A stretch of 64,000 nt of DNA from Minisyncoccota bacterium (GCA_036405415.1 DASWXP010000002.1:340803-404802), one strand, 5' to 3'; numbered from the stretch's first letter, positions 29,616 to 39,696 are shown. Notes: generated by a model not told the origin, from the letters alone. Numbers and translations: made by a program.

Positions 29616-29738
29616 CGCGTAGGCCTTCGCGGAGGATTACACCTTCCGCAACGCATCGTTATGCACCCTGGTATGTACGTAGTGTAACGCGTAAGAGGCA
29701 CGTTGCCGTGCCTCTTACTGCGGACCTGTGGGATATCG

Positions 29739-30047
29739 CTACTGCGCAGCGACGCCCGGGAGCGGCGAGAAGGGATCAGGACGACCGCCCGCTTCAGGGA
29801 GAATCGCGGTCTTGATGTCGATGAGCGCTGCGAAGCGCGGATCGCTCAGGATGCTCGCGTCGAACCCGATCGGTTCGAGCTGCGCGGCGAGCGTGAGGAA
29901 CGAGGCCTGGGCCTCGCTGGTCGGGCCGCCGTCCATATATGAGATATCAGGCTGCGCCGGCTGGCTTTGCCAGAGGAAATAGAGCGCTGCTCCGCCAACG
30001 ACGATAGCCAGAGCGATGTACATGAGGGTGTTCTTCTTGAGCGCCAT
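29739..30047 (-). CDS. Pilus-locus membrane-anchored hypothetical protein (PilP position)
   Basis: N-terminal TM helix, C-terminal GRPDPFSP; follows pilO. Confidence 0.7.
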   Translation of the reverse strand: MALKKNTLMYIALAIVVGGAALYFLWQSQPAQPDISYMDGGPTSEAQASFLTLAAQLEPIGFDASILSDPRFAALIDIKTAILPEAGGRPDPFSPLPGVAAQ

Positions 30048-30057
30048 AAGAGTACGG

Positions 30058-30630
30058 TTATCGGAGCCAGTAGAGGCGGAACGTTATGTCGTAGGTGTAC
30101 ACGCCCGTGTTCGAGTCGTCGACCGACAGCTCCACGATATCGAGCGGCCGCAGGCTCTGCTCCACGCCCGCGAGGAACGTGCGGAAGGCGCCGTAGCTGC
30201 CGGTAGCAGAGACCGAGAGCTCGAGCGAATCCGTGGTATCGGACGCCTCGAGCGGGATCGCGCCGCTATCAATAACGGGCTGCGTGCTCGTTCCAGCGGT
30301 CTCCCCTCCCTCGATATCGAAATCAGAGAGCGTAACCCCGGAGCGCGCTGCGAGCGAATTCAGATCGACGATGAGCTGCACGTTATCGACATTGTCGGGA
30401 AGGAACGCCTCGAGGCGCGCGAGCTGGTCCGCTGAGAGCGTGTTGCGTTCCTGCGTAAGTGCGAGCTCCTTCTCCTTGAACTGTCGTGCTGCCATAAGCG
30501 CCGAATCGAGATTCTCGATCTCGTCCTGCAGCACCGCGACGGATCCGCTGAACGTCGGCTGCACGTATGCGAGGAATATGCCTACCGCGAGGACTATGAA
30601 GAAGAGCGGGAGAAGTCGTGAGGAGATCAT
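30058..30630 (-). CDS. pilO: Type IV pilus assembly protein PilO
   Basis: TM plus coiled coil; LEAFLP and GSYGAFRTFLAGVEQSLRPLDI. Confidence 0.85.
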   Translation of the reverse strand: MISSRLLPLFFIVLAVGIFLAYVQPTFSGSVAVLQDEIENLDSALMAARQFKEKELALTQERNTLSADQLARLEAFLPDNVDNVQLIVDLNSLAARSGVTLSDFDIEGGETAGTSTQPVIDSGAIPLEASDTTDSLELSVSATGSYGAFRTFLAGVEQSLRPLDIVELSVDDSNTGVYTYDITFRLYWLR

Positions 30631-31334
30631 AGGCGGTTGGTGGTTGTCGCGGTGGTCGTGGCCCTGGTACTCGTCGCAGGCGCCGATACCGGTGCTTGCG
30701 GCTGCGCAGGCGCTTCGGCACCTTCTGCCGGCGCCGAAGAATCAGGGATGCCTGGCAATACCTCCCCTGCGGTTATGAGGCGCGGATCGAGTGATGCGGT
30801 AAGCGTGAACGAGACCGTGCCGTTCGTGTTAACAGAGATGTTCGAGAATATCGCGCGCTTGATGCGACGCTCCCCTGCGAGCGCTGCGCTCTGCGCTGCA
30901 AGCGCGTTGAAGGAACGCGCCACGCCTTCGGTCTCGATCTCCGCAGTGCGATCATCCGCTACCGAGATGGAAAGCGTGCTGAAGCGCACGTTCTGGAGCG
31001 TGCGCGCCTCGAGCGTATCGAAGAACTCGGAAAGCGTAATGTGCTTGTTGAGGATCGTCTCGACCGATTCGAGGCGGTCGCGCAGACGCACGAAGTCCTC
31101 TACCGCATCGATATCGACGCTCTGCTGCGCGACCGCGAGCTCCGCTGCCTTCGCGTCGCGCGCGCTCTTGAGGTAGAACTCGTATCCGAAGGTGGCGAGC
31201 GCTCCCACGATGCTTACGCCAAGAAGCACGAGCGCCATGACAGAGAAGATATTCGTGCCGCTCTTCTGCCGCATCGATGGCGCGACAGGCTGTTTCGGCA
31301 CGAATGACGTCGGTATGGTCGGAGGAAGGGCCAC
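30627..31334 (-). CDS. PilN-like protein
   Basis: TSFVPKQP N-terminus, TM helix, coiled coil; lies between pilM and pilO. Confidence 0.75.
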   Translation of the reverse strand: MALPPTIPTSFVPKQPVAPSMRQKSGTNIFSVMALVLLGVSIVGALATFGYEFYLKSARDAKAAELAVAQQSVDIDAVEDFVRLRDRLESVETILNKHITLSEFFDTLEARTLQNVRFSTLSISVADDRTAEIETEGVARSFNALAAQSAALAGERRIKRAIFSNISVNTNGTVSFTLTASLDPRLITAGEVLPGIPDSSAPAEGAEAPAQPQAPVSAPATSTRATTTATTTNRL

Positions 31335-31390
31335 AGTAGTATCAGTATACGAGGCAGAAGCGCATTTTACGCCGCTTTATGCACAGCGCG

Positions 31391-32479
31391 CTATCCTTGC
31401 TCCTCGAGCTTGCGGAGTGCAAGCCCTACCGCAACCGCGAACTCAGGACCGATCTCCTCGAGCACCGGGCGCATGAATGCCGGAGCCTGCGTCTTCCCGA
31501 ACGGATTCGCGACATGCACTTCCATATTAAAGAAACTCTTCGCGTATGCCTGGAGCGCCTTGGTGACGCCGCCGCCGCCGGTAAGCACGAGTCCTGAAAC
31601 CTGGGTACCCTTCACTTGCTGGTACTGGTCCAGGGCCCGCTTCGCTTCCTCGAAGATGCGCGAGAACATGAGCTCTATTGAGCGCGGATCATAGGACCCG
31701 GATCCGTCAGCGAATCCGTGCTCTTTCTTGAGCGCTTCTGCGCTCGCGACCGGGATGCCGCTCGCGGTCGCGATGGTGCGCGTCACATCCTGCCCGCCGC
31801 GCGGGATGTTATGCGAGAGCGCGACGACGCCATGCTCGACCACGTATACCTTGGTTGCGGACGCACCGATATCAAGCACCAGCACCGGCTTCACCGGCTC
31901 GTCCACCACCGAGCGGATCGTACTGAAGATCTCGATCTCGTAGAACGTAGCCGCAAGCTGCGACGTGGTAACCACGCTCTCAAGGAGCGTGAGCTCGTCG
32001 TTATGTACCGCGACAAGTAGTACCTGCACCTTGGAAGGCGGTGCCGCACCCTCAGGAATCGCTTCGGGGATGATGAACCAGTCAAGCTGCACCTCGGAAA
32101 CCGGCACCGGGATGTACTTGCGCGCCTCAAGCTCGATAACCGTCTTCTGCTCATCCGGGTTCTCGCGGCGCGGAAGCTCCACGAGCGTGAGCAAGGAACG
32201 CGAGAACGGTATGGAAATACCCGCGTCCTTCGTAGTGACGTTCGCTTCGCGCAAGAGATCGTTCAGGCACTCCGCGATCTTCGCTGCCGGAAGGTTCGTC
32301 GCCTGCCCGATCTCGCCGCCTGCGTAGGGCCCGAGCGCGAGCTCGCCGTAGGTCTCAAGTATCGCGGCACCACCCTCGCGGCGCAGCTGCACCACTTTCA
32401 AGGATGACGAACCGATGTCGACGCCAATCACGCTCGCGCCTTTCTTTCCTCCGCCGAATAGTTTTGAGAGGAATCCCAT
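31391..32479 (-). CDS. pilM: Type IV pilus assembly protein PilM
   Basis: GVDIGSSSLKVVQL, LDIGASAT, LTGGG and AVAVGLALR motifs. Confidence 0.95.
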   Translation of the reverse strand: MGFLSKLFGGGKKGASVIGVDIGSSSLKVVQLRREGGAAILETYGELALGPYAGGEIGQATNLPAAKIAECLNDLLREANVTTKDAGISIPFSRSLLTLVELPRRENPDEQKTVIELEARKYIPVPVSEVQLDWFIIPEAIPEGAAPPSKVQVLLVAVHNDELTLLESVVTTSQLAATFYEIEIFSTIRSVVDEPVKPVLVLDIGASATKVYVVEHGVVALSHNIPRGGQDVTRTIATASGIPVASAEALKKEHGFADGSGSYDPRSIELMFSRIFEEAKRALDQYQQVKGTQVSGLVLTGGGGVTKALQAYAKSFFNMEVHVANPFGKTQAPAFMRPVLEEIGPEFAVAVGLALRKLEEQG

Positions 32480-32502
32480 CGCGCGAATTGTATCATGCAT
32501 GC

Positions 32503-33126
32503 ATGAAGCTTCTCCGGGCAATCCTCGACCTCCTGTTCCCGCCGCGCGACGCCGAAGCGCTCGTGAACGGGGCGACACAGGAATCGCTCGGCGCCCTCGT
32601 GCGCGTACGCACCCACGATGACGGAACGGTCTCGCTCCTTCCCTATCGCGCGCCCCAAGTGAAAGCATGCATAACGGAAACGAAGTTCAGGGACAGCGAG
32701 AACGCGCAGACGCTGCTCGCGTCCGTCCTCAGGGAATACGTAGCGGCGCTTGAAGAAGACCTCGAGAGCTTTGAGGCGCAGACCATCGTAGTAGTGCCGG
32801 TCCCGCTCTCAGAAGCCCGAAGAAAGGAACGCGGCTATAACCAGACCGAGCGCATCGCGACGAAGGCTCTTTCTGGATTAGCGGACACCACGCTCAACAC
32901 AAAGATCCTGGTACGTACCCGCGATACCCTGCCCCAGACCTCGCTCGGAGGCCGCGAACGCAGGGAGAACCTCAAGGACGCATTCGAAGCGTCTATTCCC
33001 GACGCAACACATACCTATATAGTGTTCGATGACGTCCGAACCACCGGAACCACCCTCTCTGAAGCCGTGCAAGCACTGAAGAACGCCGGAGCCCTCAAGG
33101 TATACGGCCTTTCATTGGCGCATTAG
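32503..33126 (+). CDS. comF: ComF family phosphoribosyltransferase-like competence protein
   Basis: PVPLS..R..ERGYNQ and VFDDVRTTGTTL motifs. Confidence 0.9.
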   Translation: MKLLRAILDLLFPPRDAEALVNGATQESLGALVRVRTHDDGTVSLLPYRAPQVKACITETKFRDSENAQTLLASVLREYVAALEEDLESFEAQTIVVVPVPLSEARRKERGYNQTERIATKALSGLADTTLNTKILVRTRDTLPQTSLGGRERRENLKDAFEASIPDATHTYIVFDDVRTTGTTLSEAVQALKNAGALKVYGLSLAH

Positions 33127-33153
33127 GGCGGAAATGATACTTTGATACCTACA

Positions 33154-33243
33154 GGAGACGTGGCTGAGTGGTCGAAAGTACCTCACTGCTAACGAGGCGA
33201 GCTGTAAAAGGCTCCGAGGGTTCGAATCCCTCCGTCTCCGCCA
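33154..33243 (+). tRNA. tRNA-Ser(GCT)
   Basis: GGAGACGTGGCTGAG...CCTCA-CTGCTAA-CGAGG; long variable arm; GTTCGAATC...GCCA. Confidence 0.95.
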
Positions 33244-33304
33244 AGTCGAAGGCCCCGCCCGGGGCTTTCAGCCGTTTCTCACTCTCCATCCGTACAATCT
33301 GCGC

Positions 33305-33979
33305 ATGCACGCATGGAACATAAAGCCCCGCGACGCTATCGCGCTTCAGAAAGAGCTCGCCGAGGAAGTGAAACTCGTGCCGCTTGAGAAACAACCGGTG
33401 CTCATTGGAGGCTGCGACGTCTCTATGAACCGGTTCGCGAAGGACGGGTTCGCCGGATTCGTGACACTCACGTACCCCGAGCTTCAAACGGTAGACCATG
33501 CCGTACACAAGGGCGTGATTCCCTTCCCCTACATCCCCGGACTCCTCTCGTTTCGTGAGATACCGATGCTGCTTGAAGCATGGAAAGAACTCAAGCAGAA
33601 GCCTGACGTGCTGCTCGTTGACGGCATCGGCATCGCGCACCCTAGGCGCCTTGGCATCGCGTCGCACCTCGGCGTGCTCCTTGATATACCAACCATTGGC
33701 GTCGCCAAGAGCGTTCTTATAGGAAGCTTCGAGGCTCCAGGAAACGAACCAGGCGACACCAGCCCTCTCGTGGACCAAAAGAACGGCGAGACAATAGGCA
33801 TGGCGCTCCGCACCAAGAAGAACGTAAAACCCGTATTCATCTCTCCAGGACACCGCGTAACACTTGAAGATGCGGTCTCGCTCGTCGCTTCCTGCGTGCG
33901 GAAGCACCGCATCCCGGAACCGACTCGCGCGGCGCACAACCTCATGAACGAGTATCGGCGTAAGGATATGGCTTCCTGA
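33305..33979 (+). CDS. nfi: Endonuclease V
   Basis: FPYIPGLLSFRE, DGIGIAHPRRLGIASH and RIPEPTR motifs. Confidence 0.96.
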   Translation: MHAWNIKPRDAIALQKELAEEVKLVPLEKQPVLIGGCDVSMNRFAKDGFAGFVTLTYPELQTVDHAVHKGVIPFPYIPGLLSFREIPMLLEAWKELKQKPDVLLVDGIGIAHPRRLGIASHLGVLLDIPTIGVAKSVLIGSFEAPGNEPGDTSPLVDQKNGETIGMALRTKKNVKPVFISPGHRVTLEDAVSLVASCVRKHRIPEPTRAAHNLMNEYRRKDMAS

Positions 33980-34015
33980 TTCGTCTTCGTACGCGATACC
34001 TGGTATACAACCTAC

Positions 34016-34873
34016 ATGAACAAGCGTCTCAAGATAGCGCTCGTAGCGCTCCTCATCCTGTTTGCATTGATCGGTCTCCTCTTCACGGGAGTCTTTGTCG
34101 CCATGCAGCTCGGCCTCACCAATGTCCGGGGCTCTATCTCGGACCGTAACGCGTTCTTTCTCGGGAAGGATGAAGAGACTGCGGTCGCGTCGATCCCCAC
34201 AAAGCCTTGCATCGATGCAGGCGCGAACACCTGCGCATGGAACGAGACGCCTGAATGGGTGGTGGTCGAAGGCGGCCTTGCCAAAGACGCTGCTATTATC
34301 GCCCGCGTATCCGCCGAGACCGGCGTCCCGGCGCGCCTTATCGCCGCGAGCGTGGTTCCGGAGCAGATCCGCTTCTTCACCTCCGAACGCGAGGTGTTCA
34401 AGCGCTACTTCGAGCCGCTGAAGATCCTCGGCTCCCTCTCGCAGTTCTCGCTCGGCGTCTCAGGAATCAAGCAGGAGACGGCGCGACTCGTCGAAAAGCA
34501 TGCGCTTGACTCAGAGTCCCCGTTTTATCCGGGACCGGAAGCAGCACGCCTCATCGCGTACAGCGATCAGGTCGGCAAGGACGAGGAACTCTATCGCCGC
34601 CTCACCGACGAGAAGGACCACTATTACTCCTACCTCTACACCGCGCTCTACCTCAAGGAAGTCATGGCGCAATGGGAGCGTGCCGGGTTCCCGATAGAGG
34701 ACGATCCGTACGCGCTCGTGACGCTTTTCAACATCGGCTTTGCTAACTCCGTGCCGAAAGCCGACCCGAGGCCCGGCGGCGCGCCAATCACGGTTGGCGG
34801 CGTAACCTACGCGTTCGGACAGCTCGGCGGCGACTTCTTCGTGTCTGACGAACTGCGAGACGTGCTTCCCTAG
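34016..34873 (+). CDS. Membrane-anchored hypothetical protein, possibly lysozyme-like fold
   Basis: N-terminal TM helix; GVPARLIAASVVPEQ...SLGVSGIK...TLFNIG. Confidence 0.65.
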   Translation: MNKRLKIALVALLILFALIGLLFTGVFVAMQLGLTNVRGSISDRNAFFLGKDEETAVASIPTKPCIDAGANTCAWNETPEWVVVEGGLAKDAAIIARVSAETGVPARLIAASVVPEQIRFFTSEREVFKRYFEPLKILGSLSQFSLGVSGIKQETARLVEKHALDSESPFYPGPEAARLIAYSDQVGKDEELYRRLTDEKDHYYSYLYTALYLKEVMAQWERAGFPIEDDPYALVTLFNIGFANSVPKADPRPGGAPITVGGVTYAFGQLGGDFFVSDELRDVLP

Positions 34874-34916
34874 CTTCACCGCCACATCATCAACATGTGC
34901 GTATAGTACGGAGCGT

Positions 34917-35093
34917 ATGAACGTTCCGAGCATCGAGTCGCATCTCTCGCGCAGACAGGAAGAGCGCACGTATCCGATCGCAAAGCGCATGCATGACCTG
35001 CCGGTAGTGGGCATCATCGCGCGCGCCTGGGTGCGCGCTACGCAGTCTGAGGAGCCGAGGGTCTGGGCGAGCCTCCCTCCGGTCGTCGCGTAG
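34917..35093 (+). CDS. Small hypothetical protein (58 aa, below the ORF-track cutoff)
   Basis: MNVPSIESHLSRRQEERTYP...PPVVA*; TATAGT 9 nt before the ATG; fills a gap between same-strand genes. Confidence 0.4.
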   Translation: MNVPSIESHLSRRQEERTYPIAKRMHDLPVVGIIARAWVRATQSEEPRVWASLPPVVA

Positions 35094-35140
35094 AGCACGG
35101 TACACTGTAGGGAGCCAATTCCGGCTTAATCTCTTTGCCT

Positions 35141-35635
35141 ATGAATGCCAAAGTCATCTGGATCGTACTCGTGCTTATCGGAATCATCGGTATCGGCTGG
35201 CTTGCCTTCGGCAGCCGCGCGGGCGCACCGGCTGATACCCAGACCGCGACGACTACCGAAATGACCCGAGGAGAGGAACCAGCTCCTATAATAGACGGCG
35301 AGGATGGCGGACCCGCATTCGCGGTCGTGACGCTCACCGACTCGGGATTCACTCCGAGCACGCTTACCGTGAATGCAGGCGAGACCGTGCGCTTCATTAA
35401 CGAATCGTCTCGCGGCATGTGGGTAGGCTCAGACGACCATCCGACGCATACCGATTACGACGGCACCGCCACCCGCGAGCACTGCGCGAACGGCATGGCT
35501 ACCAATGGCACCTTCGATCAGTGTGCTTCTGTAAACAAAGGTGACTACTGGGACTACACCTTTGAGCGCGCAGGTTCCTTCGGATATCACAATCACGTCG
35601 GCGCTTCCAACACCGGCACGATCGTAGTGCGCTAG
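35141..35635 (+). CDS. Cupredoxin-fold exported protein
   Basis: GFTPSTLTVNAGETVRFIN, HPTH and YTFERAGSFGYHNH. Confidence 0.8.
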   Translation: MNAKVIWIVLVLIGIIGIGWLAFGSRAGAPADTQTATTTEMTRGEEPAPIIDGEDGGPAFAVVTLTDSGFTPSTLTVNAGETVRFINESSRGMWVGSDDHPTHTDYDGTATREHCANGMATNGTFDQCASVNKGDYWDYTFERAGSFGYHNHVGASNTGTIVVR

Positions 35636-35636
35636 C

Positions 35637-36014
35637 ATGACTACCAACCCGCTCCATCTTCCTGCGCCCGAGCTGCTCCTGCGCGCAGGCCTTGCGATCT
35701 CGTTCCTGTATCCGGCGCTCCATGCGCTCACGGATCCCTACGCATGGGTCGGGTACTTCCCGCCGTTCCTACTGTCGCTCGCGGGCGAACACACTATCCT
35801 GATGCTCCATGCCTGGGGCGCGATCGAAGTAGTGCTCGCGCTCTGGGTCTTGTTCGCGCGGAATGTCTTTGTCCCGAGCGCGATCATGGCAGTCGCGCTC
35901 ATGGCGGTAGTCATCGCGAATCCTGCGCAGTTCCCTATCCTCTTCCGCGACGTGACGATAGCGCTCGCTGCTGGCGCGCTCGCATGGATGCATCGCCCGA
36001 AGCATGAAGCGTAG
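35637..36014 (+). CDS. DoxX family membrane protein
   Basis: LLRAGLAISFLY, GAIEVVLAL and FRDV motifs. Confidence 0.75.
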   Translation: MTTNPLHLPAPELLLRAGLAISFLYPALHALTDPYAWVGYFPPFLLSLAGEHTILMLHAWGAIEVVLALWVLFARNVFVPSAIMAVALMAVVIANPAQFPILFRDVTIALAAGALAWMHRPKHEA

Positions 36015-36444
36015 GACCCGTACCGCAGGCGGCGTGGTGCTGGGGGACAGCGGCACCATTGCGCTGGTGCGCACCACGGGCGGGAGCGGATGGACCTTCC
36101 CGAAGGGCCATATCGAGGAAGGCGAATCAGACGAAGACGCAGCGCGCCGCGAGATCGAAGAAGAGACCGGACTTACGGATCTCGAGCTCATCGATGACCT
36201 CGGTTCTTATGAACGCTACCGCATCGGCAGGGACGGTTCTGGCGACGACAAGTCTGAACTGAAAGAGATCCACCTGTATCTCTTCGCGGCACGTCCCTAT
36301 TGCGCCCTCGTCCCTGCGCACGAGATCGGCGAAGCAGAATGGGTAGCGATGCCGCGCATGATGGAAAGGCTCACCCACCCCAAGGACCGTGCGTGGTTCA
36401 CCACGGTATTCGAGCGCGTACGGCACGCGATCCAAAGAGACTAA
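36004..36444 (+). CDS. NUDIX hydrolase
   Basis: Nudix box PKGHIEEGESDEDAARREIEEETG. Confidence 0.93.
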   Translation: MKRRTRTAGGVVLGDSGTIALVRTTGGSGWTFPKGHIEEGESDEDAARREIEEETGLTDLELIDDLGSYERYRIGRDGSGDDKSELKEIHLYLFAARPYCALVPAHEIGEAEWVAMPRMMERLTHPKDRAWFTTVFERVRHAIQRD

Positions 36445-36474
36445 GAGAAAGGCCCGCATCAGCGGGCCTTTCTC

Positions 36475-37623
36475 TTATCGAATCGCTTTCGCGATAGCGG
36501 GCACCACCCGCTTGTCCAGCACGTCAGGAATGATCTTCGTTGCCGCAGGCTTTGCGACGAGCGCTGCGAGCGCCTTGGCAGCGCGAACCTTGGACTCTTC
36601 CGTAATCCGGGTGACGCCGCGATCGAGCGCGCCGCGGAACACGCCTGGGAACACGAGCGCGTTGTTGATCTGGTTCGGGAAATCGGAACGGCCAGTCGCG
36701 ATGACCACGGCACCTCCCTTCTTCGCCTCTTCAGGCATGATCTCCGGGACCGGATTGGAGAGCGCGAATACGATGGCACGCTCCGCCATGGAAGAGACAT
36801 GCGCGCTCGTAAGGAGATTCGGTCCGGAGACGCCTATGAAGACGTCAGCGCCAGGAAGCACCGCAGAGAGTTCTCCTGAGACGTTGCGCGGATTAGTTAG
36901 CACGGCGAGCTCCTGCTTACTGTGGTTGAGGTCAGGACGCCCTTCGTAGATAGCGCCGCCGCGATCGAGCAAGACGATGTCGTCGATGCCCGAGATCTTA
37001 AGGAGCTTCGCAATCGCGACGCCGGCCGCGCCTGCGCCCGAGATGACGATACGAAGCTTCTTGAACGGCTTCCCCACGACCTTCGCCGCGTTCATGAGTC
37101 CTGCGAGCACGACGATGGCGGTGCCGTGCTGGTCGTCATGCATAACCGGGATGTTGAGCGACTCGATGAGCTTCTTCTCTATCTCGAAGCACTGCGGCGC
37201 CTTGATGTCCTCGAGGTTGATGCCGCCGAACGAGGGCGCGATAACGCGCACGGTACGGATGATCTCGTCCGGGTCCTGGGTATCGAGCACGATCGGCCAC
37301 GCATCGATTCCGGCGAGCTCTCGGAATATGAGCGCCTTCCCTTCCATGACAGGGAGCGCCCCGTACGCGCCAATATTCCCGAGCCCGAGCACGGCCGAGC
37401 CGTCTGAAATGACCGCGACCGAGTTCTTCTTTACGGACATTCTGCGCGCGTCTTCAGGATGCGTTGCGAGATGCGAGGATGCCGCGCCTACGCCAGGCGT
37501 ATAGAAGAGCGCGAACGCTTCCTTGGTCTTAAGCGGGACGCGCGCCTTCGTCTCGATACGCGGACCGGTCTTCTTAAAGGCTGCAACTATCTGCGCTGGA
37601 GTGCGCTTCTTTGGGTTCGGCAT
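36475..37623 (-). CDS. NAD(P)-dependent malic enzyme
   Basis: YTPGVG, LPVMEGK, INLEDI, HDDQHGT, GAGAAG, PNQINN. Confidence 0.95.
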   Translation of the reverse strand: MPNPKKRTPAQIVAAFKKTGPRIETKARVPLKTKEAFALFYTPGVGAASSHLATHPEDARRMSVKKNSVAVISDGSAVLGLGNIGAYGALPVMEGKALIFRELAGIDAWPIVLDTQDPDEIIRTVRVIAPSFGGINLEDIKAPQCFEIEKKLIESLNIPVMHDDQHGTAIVVLAGLMNAAKVVGKPFKKLRIVISGAGAAGVAIAKLLKISGIDDIVLLDRGGAIYEGRPDLNHSKQELAVLTNPRNVSGELSAVLPGADVFIGVSGPNLLTSAHVSSMAERAIVFALSNPVPEIMPEEAKKGGAVVIATGRSDFPNQINNALVFPGVFRGALDRGVTRITEESKVRAAKALAALVAKPAATKIIPDVLDKRVVPAIAKAIR

Positions 37624-37642
37624 GTCGCAGAGTATCCCACGC

Positions 37643-39157
37643 CTAGTTCCCCGCTGTCGAACACCAGGCCAAAAGCTTCGCCTTGGTTGCCGGACCCACG
37701 AGGCCGTAGGCACTCGAGGAAGCGGTGACGATCGCTTCCTTCAGCTGGAAGCGCTTCACGGCGCGGTCCGTAGCAGGACCGTAGAAGCCGGTAATGAGTC
37801 CCTCGGGGTATATCTGCGTGTCCTTAGCGAGGATGGTCTGCAACCGCGTCACCTCGCCATTAGTGTCAGCATCCGTAGCATCAAGCGATAGCTCGCTCGT
37901 AAAGGCAGCGCACGCTGGAGCTGGCGTCACGGGAACCGATGGGGCCGGTGCCGCAGCGGCAACGCCCTGCGCCGCGTTAAGCGCCGCACGAGTGCGCGGC
38001 CCGAGCGTCCCTGTCTGCTCGAGATTGTTACGTGCCTGGAACGCCTTCACCGCGAGCGTCGTGCACTCGTTCGTAAGCCCTGAGATCGGACATACCCCGA
38101 GCGATGCTTCGCTTCCCGGATAGAGATCGAGGTCTCTAAGGAGCGCCTGAAGCGCATAGATGCCGGTTGCGTTCGTGCTGGTGGCGGTCGAGGTCGCAAG
38201 CAGGTCGCTACTGAAGGTGTATGGAAGCGCCTTGGTATCGAAGCGCGGACGGCCCGGCGAGCCGAAGAAATCCTTCACGCCCTGCGCGGTCTGGAACGCG
38301 AAATCCGCGAACACGGAGTCGCGCGCGCCGTCCCCTGTTATGCGTGGCTCGTAGATATAACCGTACTCGAGCAGAAGGCTCGGCGCCTCGCTCGTGTTGT
38401 AGGCGCCTACGGCGATCAGCTCGCGGTCCTCGACGATACCCTTTGTCTCGTAGCCGAAGTTCGATACCGCGCTCGTCGACTTGAGGCGCTCGAGCACCGG
38501 CTCCGCGATGGCGCGTGACGCATCCGCATTGCCGTATATCGCGTCCGGCACGTAGATCGCGGCGCCTGAGTACGCGCCCCGTTCGTTGGACCCATGTCCG
38601 GTCTCGTCGTTGAGGTGAAGGTGGATCACGAGGTCGATACCGTTCTCGTTCGCCCACTTCGAGACGCCGTAGAGGCGGGTTGCCACGTCCCCGGGAGCGG
38701 CGTTGTGCGACGCCTGCTCCTCGAACACGTCGATCCTGCCGCGCTTCACGAGCTTCTCGTAGTCCTCCTTATGGTCCTCCACAAAGCGCGTGATCTTCCG
38801 CATCTGGCGGTCGAAGTATGGAGCAAGGTCGTCATTCCACCCCAAACCGTCGCGTGCGACGGACACCTCGAAGTTCGGGTCGGTCTCGAGCTCACGCTTC
38901 AGGCGCTCCGCGATATCGACGACGAACTCGCGCTCGTAGTAGCCCATGAACTCAGCGCCGCCGTACATCGGCTCGTGTCCCGGCATGATGAGTATGCGCA
39001 CCTTCGCTCCCCCGAAGGAGGCTTCTTGATAGGCGATCGCAAGGTCGTCCGCGCTTACCGTCTCCTCATATGACTTGGACGCAGCCTGCACGCTCGTGCC
39101 GAACGTGAGCAATCCAATCAAGAGAACGGCGAGGGAAAGATGTAGGGTACGCTTCAT
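37643..39157 (-). CDS. N-acetylmuramoyl-L-alanine amidase (Amidase_3) with two PG-binding domains
   Basis: IMPGHE, HLHLND and LLLEYGY motifs; GTLGPRT and GFYGPATDRAVKRFQ. Confidence 0.82.
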   Translation of the reverse strand: MKRTLHLSLAVLLIGLLTFGTSVQAASKSYEETVSADDLAIAYQEASFGGAKVRILIMPGHEPMYGGAEFMGYYEREFVVDIAERLKRELETDPNFEVSVARDGLGWNDDLAPYFDRQMRKITRFVEDHKEDYEKLVKRGRIDVFEEQASHNAAPGDVATRLYGVSKWANENGIDLVIHLHLNDETGHGSNERGAYSGAAIYVPDAIYGNADASRAIAEPVLERLKSTSAVSNFGYETKGIVEDRELIAVGAYNTSEAPSLLLEYGYIYEPRITGDGARDSVFADFAFQTAQGVKDFFGSPGRPRFDTKALPYTFSSDLLATSTATSTNATGIYALQALLRDLDLYPGSEASLGVCPISGLTNECTTLAVKAFQARNNLEQTGTLGPRTRAALNAAQGVAAAAPAPSVPVTPAPACAAFTSELSLDATDADTNGEVTRLQTILAKDTQIYPEGLITGFYGPATDRAVKRFQLKEAIVTASSSAYGLVGPATKAKLLAWCSTAGN

Positions 39158-39230
39158 GGGAGTACGGTATCACGCATACAAACAATCCCCAGTCTCGCCG
39201 ATCGGGGATGATGTAGGGATGAAGAGGCGC

Positions 39231-39620
39231 TTAGCGCTTCTTCGCGTGCACGAACACCTTGGCGGTGCAGGTCGAAGTCGCACCGTTCTTTCCGATAAAG
39301 GTCATCGGGAACTCATGCTTGCCGCGGACCGCGATTGTCACCTTCTGGCGGCCATCTGCCGGCCACTCCTTCTCTCCCTGTACGAGCCCAACCATCTTCA
39401 CGGCGTCCTTGCTCTTCCAGACGATGTCGACCGAGCTGCCGGAGGTCATGACCTTCTTCGACGCGCGCGCCTCACAGGTTGGCGGCTTCGGGATCATGGT
39501 CACGTTCTTCACCGTGAGCGCGATGTCCTGAGTGGCAGCGCGTGCTGCCAGCGGAAGCCCCATCAGAAGGAGCGTTGCGAGCATGAAGGATGCGCTGAAG
39601 CGCGATAGGTTCGTAGTCAT
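39231..39620 (-). CDS. Secreted basic beta-rich hypothetical protein
   Basis: Signal peptide ending AARA; two Cys. Confidence 0.6.
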   Translation of the reverse strand: MTTNLSRFSASFMLATLLLMGLPLAARAATQDIALTVKNVTMIPKPPTCEARASKKVMTSGSSVDIVWKSKDAVKMVGLVQGEKEWPADGRQKVTIAVRGKHEFPMTFIGKNGATSTCTAKVFVHAKKR

Positions 39621-39696
39621 AGGTATATATATGAGAGCATTCTTCATCGAAAAATGCCAGATGCCCTGAACCGGTACTCGAGCGTATACTCTAGGC

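Noticed and set aside
34890-35105. Minus-strand 71-aa ORF
   Set aside because: It is Arg-rich and shadow-like. The plus-strand 58-aa ORF has a -10 element and matches the local gene orientation.
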